A stretch of DNA of 64,000 nucleotides, taken from IMG/VR virus record IMGVR_UViG_3300005826_000037, positions 1 to 64,000 of that record; one strand, given 5' to 3'. The position numbers and the translations under genes were made by a program. Below, piece by piece: positions 1 through 9,115 of this stretch. Below the pieces are notes generated by a model. The model saw nothing but the letters and a program-made list of their open reading frames with translations, did no database searches and was not told where the DNA came from. Positions within the stretch are counted from its first letter, which is position 1. Each line of letters starts with the position of its first letter. This DNA comes from a virus.

Positions 1-116
1 CTATTTATTGCAATCCTTTTATAAACATCACTTTCATCGATTGAGTCAAGTATTATCTTTAGCTTCTTTTTTGGAATATTATTGAGAGACTCACTTCTTG
101 AAAAATCCATGTTCAT
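1..116 (-). CDS. Partial CDS running off the left edge (MNMDFSRSESLNNIPKKKL...), function unknown
   Basis: ATG at 116 with AAGGAG Shine-Dalgarno just upstream; frame open to the window edge; overlaps the end of the 150-aa ORF. Confidence 0.6.
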   Translation of the reverse strand, partial: MNMDFSRSESLNNIPKKKLKIILDSIDESDVYKRIAIN

Positions 117-543
117 ATTTAACTCCTTTAGGATCTTTTATGTGATGTTGCCTCAGCTTGTTTGCTATCAGTTGTCTTTCAGATTCTGCAAGCTTTTTTC
201 TCAAGTTTGCGAGGTTCTGAATATCACCCAGATCATGCCTTGGCTGTTCATATACCTCGTCGATCTGTTCTTTTATTTCTTCAAAATTTGTTTGCAATTC
301 TTCTTCTTTTTGTAGCCCCTCTTGAACAACTTCCTGAATATTTTCGTGCACAGAATTATCAATAATTTTAACAATCATAATATCCTCTTGATTATTAATG
401 ATAAACAAACTATTATCTTCCAATGCTTTTAGGACGAATTTATATTCTTCAGCTTCTGGATCCCATTGTAGAACAATTCCTTCAATTGTTATACTGTTTT
501 TAAAAATTATCTTTACATGTTGGTTTTTAAGTAATAACATCAT
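91..543 (-). CDS. Hypothetical protein with possible N-terminal Sm/Hfq-like fold and C-terminal coiled coil
   Basis: VKIIFKNSITIEGIVLQWD resembles the Sm1 motif (V-x-I-x-L-x-N-G-x-x-L-x-G-x-I-x-x-F-D); start overlaps the upstream stop. Confidence 0.5.
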   Translation of the reverse strand: MMLLLKNQHVKIIFKNSITIEGIVLQWDPEAEEYKFVLKALEDNSLFIINNQEDIMIVKIIDNSVHENIQEVVQEGLQKEEELQTNFEEIKEQIDEVYEQPRHDLGDIQNLANLRKKLAESERQLIANKLRQHHIKDPKGVKYEHGFFKK

Positions 544-1118
544 ACCACCTTGCTTAATTTATCTAAGTCTAATCCCAACATTTGTGCCATATCAAAAGCA
601 GAAATCATATCTTTATTTTTGTTGGGTACATTATATAAAAAGGCAATATCTCCATAAGTTGATACATCAAACCCCTTACCAACAAAAACATTCTTATATT
701 TATCTGGAAGTGGAGTTGTTCTATCTATCTTATTGTCAGGCTGAGCTAACAATACCTTAAACTTATATTCATTCACAATTCCTTCAACTGTCATGAATGA
801 AATAGAAGTTAGCCTTCTCTTAGCCTTTATAACTCTGTTTTCATAAACCCAATCGATATAATCTTTTAATATTTCAGGATCAGAAGATAACATACTAGCA
901 AGTTTTTTAATCTGAAAAACCTCAAAACATTTTGACGGAACCGGGCTATTAAACTTAAATTTGTATTTAGTTTTATATTGATCATAATACTTTTTTATAA
1001 AATATCCTATTAATTCAGGAGCCTTCCATGTTTTAACCTCTTTATTATTAATATTATCAAATCTACAAAAAAATTTTTCATAAGCATTATTTGGTGCACT
1101 ATCTAAGTCATAACTCAT
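540..1118 (-). CDS. Hypothetical phage protein
   Basis: 192-aa ORF tightly packed in the operon; GGTGA-like RBS upstream. Confidence 0.7.
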   Translation of the reverse strand: MSYDLDSAPNNAYEKFFCRFDNINNKEVKTWKAPELIGYFIKKYYDQYKTKYKFKFNSPVPSKCFEVFQIKKLASMLSSDPEILKDYIDWVYENRVIKAKRRLTSISFMTVEGIVNEYKFKVLLAQPDNKIDRTTPLPDKYKNVFVGKGFDVSTYGDIAFLYNVPNKNKDMISAFDMAQMLGLDLDKLSKVV

Positions 1119-1122
1119 AAAA

Positions 1123-1902
1123 TCACCTATTACTTTTTATTAAATTTTGTTTAGAAGAATATGGTCTTAAATTTTCTAAACTCCAACATTTTTTAAAATT
1201 CTCATCATCCATTGAAGTATAAACAAGATTACTTTGAGGTATTATATGATCAATTTGCCAAGTCCATGTAGAACTATCTTCATCATCCCACTCTTCTTTT
1301 TTATACTTACCATAATTATCCCATGTCATCCAATTTTCAAATTGAAATTCTAAATGATTCTTTAGTTCTTCAATAGAATAAGGTAAATACTCAAGTATTG
1401 ATTTGTTATTTTTTGATGAACCATTTTTAGATAAAACTGAAGAAACTATAACTGAAACTCTTGTTCTTAATTTAAAAAGAATATCATTACCTCTACGTTT
1501 TTTCATATATTCTGCTTTTTTAATTTTTATTTTCTCTGAATTTTCTTCTGAATATTTTTTGTAATAATCACGTATTTTATCTCTATTTTCTTTATAATAT
1601 TTTTTATAATACTCAGATAACTCTTTAGAATGTGATTCATTATACATTTTATTTCTGGATAATTCATGTTCTTTATTATTTTGATAATAATATTTTCTAT
1701 ATTCCAATAAACTATCTTTATTCAGAATATAATACTCTTTTTGTTTTTCCAAAATAATATCTTTATTTTTTTTCTTATATTCTCTAACTTTTTTATTATA
1801 ACATGTCTTGCAAACTTTCCTATATGAGCCTGCATCTTTCCTAAAAGAAAAACAAGTTAAATCTAAAAATAAATTACAATTATTGCATTTTTGTGTACTC
1901 AT
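1123..1902 (-). CDS. Free-standing HNH-type homing endonuclease
   Basis: N-terminal CxxC...CxxC zinc finger, K/Y/E-rich helical repeat linker, C-terminal WQIDHIIP...NLRP...N; GAGGAG RBS. Confidence 0.8.
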   Translation of the reverse strand: MSTQKCNNCNLFLDLTCFSFRKDAGSYRKVCKTCYNKKVREYKKKNKDIILEKQKEYYILNKDSLLEYRKYYYQNNKEHELSRNKMYNESHSKELSEYYKKYYKENRDKIRDYYKKYSEENSEKIKIKKAEYMKKRRGNDILFKLRTRVSVIVSSVLSKNGSSKNNKSILEYLPYSIEELKNHLEFQFENWMTWDNYGKYKKEEWDDEDSSTWTWQIDHIIPQSNLVYTSMDDENFKKCWSLENLRPYSSKQNLIKSNR

Positions 1903-1954
1903 TTGAGTATCTCCTCAAAGTTAAATACAATTATATGTATATGTTTCCATGATA

Positions 1955-2296
1955 TCACCAAAATGCTTTCATTTTAAATATTGAATTCAACTTCTTTTTC
2001 AATTCATCCGGTGGAAATAGAAAAAATACCAAAACATCTTCCGCCGAATACATATTAGACATGGTCCATTTAAACCTAATAACAGTAACAATATCATTTG
2101 TTTTGTGGATATTATTAAAAGTATCTTTAAAGAATTTATCTGCAGATTTTAATGCTAATTTTTCATTATCAACAGCTGTCATTTGCCAAAATATATTTTT
2201 ACCCATCTCTAAAGTTGGTATATTAGGTAAACCCATCAAATCATTAGTAAAACTACTAATCATATCTTCAGCTTCTTTGTCATAATAGAACTTCAC
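1955..2296 (-). CDS. Hypothetical protein (GTG start)
   Basis: 113-aa ORF with AAGGAG RBS upstream of GTG. Confidence 0.65.
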   Translation of the reverse strand: MKFYYDKEAEDMISSFTNDLMGLPNIPTLEMGKNIFWQMTAVDNEKLALKSADKFFKDTFNNIHKTNDIVTVIRFKWTMSNMYSAEDVLVFFLFPPDELKKKLNSIFKMKAFW

Positions 2297-2354
2297 ACGG
2301 ACTCCTTTGCCCGAAAATTATTCCAATAAGAACATAATTACGAAAAAATCGGCG

Positions 2355-3824
2355 TCAACCCTTTGACATTTCCTTTGATTTAATAATTCGGAATCCTTTT
2401 TCTGAGGAATAAATTTGTTCTCTAATTTTTGAATGTTTCTTAAGGAATTTCACCTGATCATAAAAATCAACAACTGCAGCAAACTTCTTATTAGGAAAAA
2501 ATCTTATAACTCTACCTATTCTTTGAAGGGCACGAATACTACTTTTTCCGCCACCACATAATACTAATCCATTCAATAAAGGAATATCAACACCAAGATC
2601 AAATATCGTACTCGCAAGAATGGCTTGAATATGACCTTTTTCAAGAGCTTCTTTTACCCCTGTTCTCCTATTAAGAGAATCATTACCATATAACATCTCA
2701 CATTTTATATCAGCATCAATCATCATGTCATATAGTATTTTACCATGATTGATATTTTTAAATAAAATTAGTGGAGTATAACCCTTATCTAATAAACCTT
2801 TTGTACATTTAACAGCAAGAGTGTTTCTTACATTATTATCAGTAATATAAGTTTTATAAACAGTTTGATATGGTGCCATAGGTAATGACATCTTCGGAAC
2901 AGTATAAAACTTAATAATTGGTTGGGCTAATATTCCTCTATCTATTAATTCAGAAGCAGATACATTAATTATTTGCTCACCAAGTATTCCATTTATAAGA
3001 AGGTCTGTATTATCATCTCTAAATGGAGTCCCACTAAATCCGTATATATGTTCAGGATCTATCTTTTTATGAATTAATTGTATTGTATCACAAGTGACTA
3101 CATGGCATTCGTCAAATATATGAACTTTAGTTTTATTCAATAATGAAACAATATCATTTGTTTGATTTTTATTAAACTTTTCTTCACTACTTATTTCATC
3201 ATCCGAACAAATTTTCTTTTTATCAATATCTAATGCTCTTCCAATTGTCCATATACTTGCAATATTAATTCTTTCAATTTTACATATTCCATCACCTATA
3301 TACCCAATTGGTTCATCAAAAAGATCTACAAACAAATCATAACATTGTTTTAATAGATCGAGACCAATTACATATATTATTGTTGGTTTGTTTAATTTTG
3401 CCGTTATAGTTGCAAGGCAAATCGTTTTTCCTGAGCCTGTACAAGCTCTAATTATACCATTCTGCCGCGCTGTTGCAACATCAGTAATTTTTTGCTGATA
3501 ATCTCTTGGAATTTTTTTTATTTTTTCGAGATTTTTAGAAATATCCATTGGTTGTTGAACAACCAATGGAGGTCTCTCATCAATAATTTCATATTGAGCA
3601 TTTCTATTATCTAGAAAATCTTTTACCTTATCCAATAAACCAAAGTAGAACATACCTTTCTTGCTTACAAGATATGTGTATCCATTCCATCCATTCTTAT
3701 AAGCTTCGGTAAATTCTACACCAGTCATTTTATAAGACATAGTAGATCTTAATACTCGTAATAAATCCTGGTCATCAGTTAAAATCTGACAGGCTTTGTT
3801 ACTCCGAATTACAATTTTATTCAT
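2355..3824 (-). CDS. uvsW: SF2 DNA helicase, UvsW-like
   Basis: Walker A ACTGSGKT, Walker B DECH, motif III SGT, motif VI QRIGRVIR; size and layout fit UvsW. Confidence 0.85.
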   Translation of the reverse strand: MNKIVIRSNKACQILTDDQDLLRVLRSTMSYKMTGVEFTEAYKNGWNGYTYLVSKKGMFYFGLLDKVKDFLDNRNAQYEIIDERPPLVVQQPMDISKNLEKIKKIPRDYQQKITDVATARQNGIIRACTGSGKTICLATITAKLNKPTIIYVIGLDLLKQCYDLFVDLFDEPIGYIGDGICKIERINIASIWTIGRALDIDKKKICSDDEISSEEKFNKNQTNDIVSLLNKTKVHIFDECHVVTCDTIQLIHKKIDPEHIYGFSGTPFRDDNTDLLINGILGEQIINVSASELIDRGILAQPIIKFYTVPKMSLPMAPYQTVYKTYITDNNVRNTLAVKCTKGLLDKGYTPLILFKNINHGKILYDMMIDADIKCEMLYGNDSLNRRTGVKEALEKGHIQAILASTIFDLGVDIPLLNGLVLCGGGKSSIRALQRIGRVIRFFPNKKFAAVVDFYDQVKFLKKHSKIREQIYSSEKGFRIIKSKEMSKG

Positions 3825-4575
3825 TATCGCCAGATAGTTTCCCTATAACCTCAGACATAACGTCCCAGGCTTTTGGTTCTATAACAGGCGGATTACCATT
3901 GTTTACACGTAAGCTTTTAGCAAAATTAAGCAGGTCTTCTCTTGTTCCATCAAATTGATTTCTATCTACAACTGCATAAATACCATCAACACGCAATATA
4001 GTATCACCTTTTGCTGCAACATCTCCTGATCTCTGCCATATCTTCCATCCTTGTGACTTCCAAATATATGGAACATATTTATTTGGTGTTTTGGTATATG
4101 CTGCTAACCATAATGGATACTTTAAGAATTTGTCAACAGTTTCTTTATCTGGCTGTCCACCATGCTTATCAAAATATGGTCCACCTGTGTATACAATAGG
4201 AATTACGCCTGTTTTTCGTTCTACTTCTTCTAAAAATGATAAGTTCCATTGAATAAAGTCTGTTTTAGACAGTTTATTCTTTTCATCTTCAATATCTAAT
4301 ACAAGCATATCAGTATCATCAAATTCACCAACAGTATCAATAAAGTGAGTTGCTTCTACTACGGGGTCATTCTTTGTTCTTCCAAAATGGTATGCGCCTC
4401 TAATTATTCCGGCGTTTTTAATTCCATCCCAGTTATATTTGAACCTTTTTGCTGTAAAATCAGTTCCTTCTGTTGCTTTACAAAAAGCATACTCAACACC
4501 ATTATTTTTAACACGATCCCACTTTGGAAAACCCTGAACGTCGGACACATCGATCCCAAGTAGATATTCACTCAT
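3817..4575 (-). CDS. GH25 muramidase (probable endolysin)
   Basis: GIDVS (catalytic Asp), KATEG, GAYHF, LDIE (DxE), YPLWLAAY, WKIWQ, VDRN. Confidence 0.9.
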   Translation of the reverse strand: MSEYLLGIDVSDVQGFPKWDRVKNNGVEYAFCKATEGTDFTAKRFKYNWDGIKNAGIIRGAYHFGRTKNDPVVEATHFIDTVGEFDDTDMLVLDIEDEKNKLSKTDFIQWNLSFLEEVERKTGVIPIVYTGGPYFDKHGGQPDKETVDKFLKYPLWLAAYTKTPNKYVPYIWKSQGWKIWQRSGDVAAKGDTILRVDGIYAVVDRNQFDGTREDLLNFAKSLRVNNGNPPVIEPKAWDVMSEVIGKLSGDNE

Positions 4576-4578
4576 TTA

Positions 4579-4842
4579 TTATTTCCTATTAATTTTCAAA
4601 CTTAATTCAGAATCAAACAATTTAACTTCTGAAAGTTCATTTTCTGGAGTAGCACACATGTATACAGTATATGTTCCGTCTTCATTTTTACGACTATAAA
4701 CTATCATTAACATATCTGGAATCTCATCTTCTGTTTTTTCATATGCTTCTAAAAGAACGCCAGCTTCTTCTTTAATTTTATCAAAACTATCCATGTTAAA
4801 TGATGGAACACAGATTTTTCTGTTCTTATCAATATCCTCCAT
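4579..4842 (-). CDS. Small acidic hypothetical protein
   Basis: 87-aa ORF coupled to the tubulin gene by a TAATG overlap, with GGAG RBS. Confidence 0.65.
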   Translation of the reverse strand: MEDIDKNRKICVPSFNMDSFDKIKEEAGVLLEAYEKTEDEIPDMLMIVYSRKNEDGTYTVYMCATPENELSEVKLFDSELSLKINRK

Positions 4843-6218
4843 TATTTTCTCCTGTCTGATACAGTGCCGCCGACCAATCTTCCAAATGCGGATGATTTCT
4901 TTGCAATTTTATCTTTAATCTTTTGGGCTTCAGAAACAGTTTCATTGACGCCAGTATCTAGTTTAAGAGTAAGATTTCTTTGGTCATCTTTACCTTTTGC
5001 AACACTCATATGCTCTTTAGCATCCTTTTTAAGTTGTGTAACGCGAGACTCTGGCAAACCAAGACCAGTAAATACGGAATATACCTTTACAACATCTTCT
5101 GGAGTATCTATGGTATAAATTCCCTTATAAACTCCTTTTGGAGTTCCACACTGATCATTAATAATTGCCATGGCATAGTTTACACTTGCACTAGGAATTT
5201 GAGACCAAACATTTTTGTTAGCAGCGATTATAACACCAACATATTTTGATTGCTTAAGATCAAATCCTCCAGCTAATAAGTTTCCGTTTAGGTTATTAAT
5301 AACTGCCTCTGCAATTGCAGTTTCTTCATCAAAATTCTCAACAGTTAATTCTCCGTAAACTGTTAAGCCTTCACCATCTGTGAATAGCTTTCCCCATTCC
5401 ATTGGGTCAAGTCCTTTAACAGCGGAAGGCATTGATGATAATGTATTAAATACATCAATAGGATCAACAATAGCTTTATTAGCAACAGGATAAAAATCAA
5501 CCTGGCTGACATATTGATAAATTGTTTCTAGCTTTGCATTATCAACAACAATCAAATTATTAACATGTTTTGATTGGGTAAGTGAAGATAATTTAGATAA
5601 TGTCTCTAGTGCATTATACTTTGTTTGAGCATCTTCTGTATCCATTGGTAATACAGTAATAACAACAAGTGGTTTACCCGTAGATGATAACATATCAACT
5701 AAAGTTTCACAAGAACCAGCACCAGAACCTCCACCTAAACTAAGGCATAATACATTTACTAATACTGATGATAGCTTATCATTAATTAACTGAGCAATTT
5801 CCCCTCTATGAGCCTCTGCTGCCGATTTTCCTATCTCTGTTTCCTTTGCCGCCCCTCCTAATCCATATTCCAATAATAATTTGTTTGAGTCCGGAATTTC
5901 AATATACTTTAGATCTTGAATTGCTGTATTTATTGCTACAGCATCATATCCTAACTTGTAAAATGCTTCCGCAATTCTTGAACCTGCTTGACCTGAACCT
6001 ATAATTCCTAGTGATAAACTTCTCTCTTTTTTCGAAACAATCTTCGACGCCATCTCTTGTTCCTCTTGTTTTTTCTGACTCTTAGCTTTTAATGCAGCTA
6101 ATTTATCCATATCTATTGAATTTTCTTGAGGTTTTTCTTCTTTTACAACTTCTTGTCCAGAAATATCATCCTCTAATTTTTCATTCTTCTCTTCTTCTGT
6201 AATCGATGTCGCAGACAT
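4842..6218 (-). CDS. Tubulin/FtsZ-superfamily GTPase (PhuZ/TubZ/CetZ-like)
   Basis: GSGQAGSRIA (T1 loop), AINT, GLGGAAK, signature SLGGGSGAG, LIVVDN, T7-loop-like LDPMEW; AAGGAG RBS. Confidence 0.9.
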   Translation of the reverse strand: MSATSITEEEKNEKLEDDISGQEVVKEEKPQENSIDMDKLAALKAKSQKKQEEQEMASKIVSKKERSLSLGIIGSGQAGSRIAEAFYKLGYDAVAINTAIQDLKYIEIPDSNKLLLEYGLGGAAKETEIGKSAAEAHRGEIAQLINDKLSSVLVNVLCLSLGGGSGAGSCETLVDMLSSTGKPLVVITVLPMDTEDAQTKYNALETLSKLSSLTQSKHVNNLIVVDNAKLETIYQYVSQVDFYPVANKAIVDPIDVFNTLSSMPSAVKGLDPMEWGKLFTDGEGLTVYGELTVENFDEETAIAEAVINNLNGNLLAGGFDLKQSKYVGVIIAANKNVWSQIPSASVNYAMAIINDQCGTPKGVYKGIYTIDTPEDVVKVYSVFTGLGLPESRVTQLKKDAKEHMSVAKGKDDQRNLTLKLDTGVNETVSEAQKIKDKIAKKSSAFGRLVGGTVSDRRK

Positions 6219-6276
6219 ACTTTCTCCTTAAACTTATTGATTTTACAGCACTTTTATATGCTTAAATAGTAATATA

Positions 6277-8265
6277 TCACTTTAAGAACCATTGATTATC
6301 CATAAACCAATCTATTGTACTAATGATACCATCTTTGAACTTTATAGTTGGAGACCAACCTAGTTTCTTTAATTTAGATGAATCAATTGAATATCTGAAA
6401 TCATGACCTGGTCTATCTTTTACGAAAGTAATCAGATTATGCCCATCCTTCATTACATTACAAATATTCTGAACAACTTCTATATTACTGAACTCTTGGT
6501 TTGCAGAAATATTGTAAACCTCATTAGGTGCACCTTTTTCAAGAACTGTCATGATTCCAGCACAATTATCATACACATGTGTCCAATCTCTAACCTGAAG
6601 TCCTTGCCCATAGACAGGTATTGGTAGACCGGCTTTTATGTTTTTTATTACCTTTGGTATGAGCTTATCAGGGGTCTGCCTGGGTCCGTAGTTATTGGCT
6701 GATCTTGTAATGTTATAATTTAAGCCATGGGAATTATGTGCGGCTTTTACCAATAATTCACCAGCAACCTTTGTTGACGAGTATGGATTTCTAGGATTTA
6801 GTGATGCTTCTTCTTTCCAAGAAGGATCTGATTCATTCTCTAAATGACCATATACTTCATCAGTTGAAATATATATAAATCTTTCAACACCATATTTTAC
6901 TGCAGCATTTATTAATACTTGTGTACCTAATACATTTGATGTTACAAATGAATTAGCATCTGACAAAGAATTATCAACATGTGTATTATGAACAATTACA
7001 TTTCCCAACCCACATACAAATTTATGTGTATCATCGATTTCTAAATCATAAACATAACCATCATACATATATTCTTCATAAATTGATTTATTTAATTTAT
7101 TTTGTCTAGCAGAAAGATTAAAACAATAACTATCTTTCCACTTTGAATTTTTAAAAACTTTTCGTGCATAAGAGTAATCTTGTTTTACTAACGAAAACAA
7201 AGTTGATAATTGTGAAGCCATCAATCTACTATTAGTTGAATATTTGGAATTAGTATTACTATACTTGTGACCATCAAAATATACTAAATACTTTATAAAA
7301 TCTTTTTGTAAATAAGGTTGTAATTTAAAAATAAATGATGGTATAATTTTCTTATCAGAATGATATTTGCATTCTTTAACAAAAATATTGAATAATCTCT
7401 TATTTGCTACTCTAAAACTACTACATTTACGAACTATAACATTACCTTTTACATCAAAATTATTATTGAATATTTGTTGTATTCTGTAAATATCTTCAAT
7501 ATTATTTTGTGGAAAATCCAGAATATAACTTCCATTTTTTTTATTATAAAAAGCACTACCTTCAGTCACATAAAATGCAATCATAAATAGTAAATCATCT
7601 ATAGAGGTTTTCCATTCATAATTTCCAAATTTTTCTACCTTATGTTTTAAACTATGACTTGGTTGTATTGATCTAATAGATAACAATTCAACTTCTGGAT
7701 TTGGTTTAGTTAACTCCATATTAGAATTGTAAATAGAATGGTTTGGAGTCACATCAATTTCTCCCCATTTTTGTCTCATATTAATAAGAGTACCATTATA
7801 CCAATGACGTGATATTTGTTTAATTTTTTTCCATTGACCAAATCCGTTTTTAATGGTTAATGCTCTTTGCTGATCGCTATTTAGATTAATTATCTCAACA
7901 CCATCATTTCTGGTTTCTATGATATTTCTTTTTGAAAATCTATTCCACAATTCTTTTACTTCTAAGTGTTCGATTTTAGTTGGACCCATATAAGGAATTA
8001 TAGTATCTTCACGAACACTTTCTGCTGCCCCATGAATAACTATATCTGGTTTTTCAAACCTAAATATTGTATCAATTATATGTTGGTCTCTAATATCAGC
8101 AATATAAAATATATGATTTTTATTCCAATAAACAGAGTTTAAATCATCAAAATTAACCCTATCTATACTAACAAATGAATATGGAAGTTTTGTATATATA
8201 GCTCTCCTTATAAAGTTACTAAATATAAACCCACATGTTCCGGTACATAATACTTTCTTTTTCAT
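6277..8265 (-). CDS. rmlB: dTDP-glucose 4,6-dehydratase (RmlB-like) interrupted by an intein
   Basis: GTCGFI Rossmann loop, HGAAE|THVD split by the insertion, STDEVYG, YSSTK (YxxxK), NNYGPRQ, RDW, DRPGHDFRY; spliced product 317 aa. Confidence 0.9.
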   Translation of the reverse strand: MKKKVLCTGTCGFIFSNFIRRAIYTKLPYSFVSIDRVNFDDLNSVYWNKNHIFYIADIRDQHIIDTIFRFEKPDIVIHGAAESVREDTIIPYMGPTKIEHLEVKELWNRFSKRNIIETRNDGVEIINLNSDQQRALTIKNGFGQWKKIKQISRHWYNGTLINMRQKWGEIDVTPNHSIYNSNMELTKPNPEVELLSIRSIQPSHSLKHKVEKFGNYEWKTSIDDLLFMIAFYVTEGSAFYNKKNGSYILDFPQNNIEDIYRIQQIFNNNFDVKGNVIVRKCSSFRVANKRLFNIFVKECKYHSDKKIIPSFIFKLQPYLQKDFIKYLVYFDGHKYSNTNSKYSTNSRLMASQLSTLFSLVKQDYSYARKVFKNSKWKDSYCFNLSARQNKLNKSIYEEYMYDGYVYDLEIDDTHKFVCGLGNVIVHNTHVDNSLSDANSFVTSNVLGTQVLINAAVKYGVERFIYISTDEVYGHLENESDPSWKEEASLNPRNPYSSTKVAGELLVKAAHNSHGLNYNITRSANNYGPRQTPDKLIPKVIKNIKAGLPIPVYGQGLQVRDWTHVYDNCAGIMTVLEKGAPNEVYNISANQEFSNIEVVQNICNVMKDGHNLITFVKDRPGHDFRYSIDSSKLKKLGWSPTIKFKDGIISTIDWFMDNQWFLK
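6985..8019 (-). mobile_element. Intein (345 aa) with LAGLIDADG endonuclease domain
   Basis: Starts with Ser (SVREDT), block B VTPNHSI, LAGLIDADG-like IAFYVTEGS and IKYLVYFDGH, block F YVYDLEI, ends VHN followed by Thr+1. Confidence 0.9.
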
Positions 8266-8268
8266 ATT

Positions 8269-9099
8269 TTACCCATCATAGACGTTAAAATTAGGATCTT
8301 TAGTATACATTTCGTGGTCCAAACAATATCTATGTTTCCATTTATTTCTTAGATAGTTCAAATTGTGCGCTAGAAACAGCCTGTTCGTGGGAACTTTCTT
8401 CAATGATGCGCTTTCTTCATGGTATATATCTGTCTCGCCACAATATACAATCTTTTTATCCATATTGTATTTTATAGCCAAACAAAGGTCAACATCATCA
8501 AAACCCCAATGATAATTCTCATCCATCCCTAGATGCCCAGATTTTTGATTCTTAAATACGGATTTGAAACATTCAGCCTTAGTAAGTAAGACTGCACCAG
8601 TCACAACTTGAAATTGTCTATTTTTAAGAGACTGTTTATCTGTTTTTTCATTCAATCTAAAATGCATTGGTGCATGTGTTGATGGATGAAATGTAACCCC
8701 GGCATGTTGTAGCTTATCAGTGTCTGTAAATAACAATCTAGCCCCAACTACTCCAATATCTTTATTATTCATTAGCTCAATCATTTTTTTAATTGATCTG
8801 GTATCTTTAAATATCACATCATTATTTAATAATAGTACAAAATCATCATCATTGGGATTTGCCTCTTTAAAAAGATAATTCATACCTTTTGAAAAGTTCT
8901 GTAAATTGTTCTTATAAGCAATAACATTAATATTGCCTTCCCAAGATTTTACAACGTCTACTGTACAATCAGTAGACGCATTGTCTTTTATAAACCACTC
9001 ATAATCAATTTCTTTGAGTGCAGGAATTAATGACTCATTCAATTTTGATAGTTTATCTATTCCATTCCATGTTAGTGTAAATATATACAGCTTACTCAT
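8269..9099 (-). CDS. Glycosyltransferase family 2 (rhamnosyltransferase/WbbL-like)
   Basis: DNASTD, NFSKGMN, LLLNNDV (DxD-like), LQHAG, VTGAVLL, DVDLCL, HEESAS. Confidence 0.88.
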   Translation of the reverse strand: MSKLYIFTLTWNGIDKLSKLNESLIPALKEIDYEWFIKDNASTDCTVDVVKSWEGNINVIAYKNNLQNFSKGMNYLFKEANPNDDDFVLLLNNDVIFKDTRSIKKMIELMNNKDIGVVGARLLFTDTDKLQHAGVTFHPSTHAPMHFRLNEKTDKQSLKNRQFQVVTGAVLLTKAECFKSVFKNQKSGHLGMDENYHWGFDDVDLCLAIKYNMDKKIVYCGETDIYHEESASLKKVPTNRLFLAHNLNYLRNKWKHRYCLDHEMYTKDPNFNVYDG

Positions 9100-9115
9100 A
9101 GTTTAATATATCCTA

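Noticed and set aside
6273-6279. TGATATA motif upstream of tubulin
   Set aside because: The TGA is the rmlB stop codon and the gene has a normal SD, so this copy may be coincidental.
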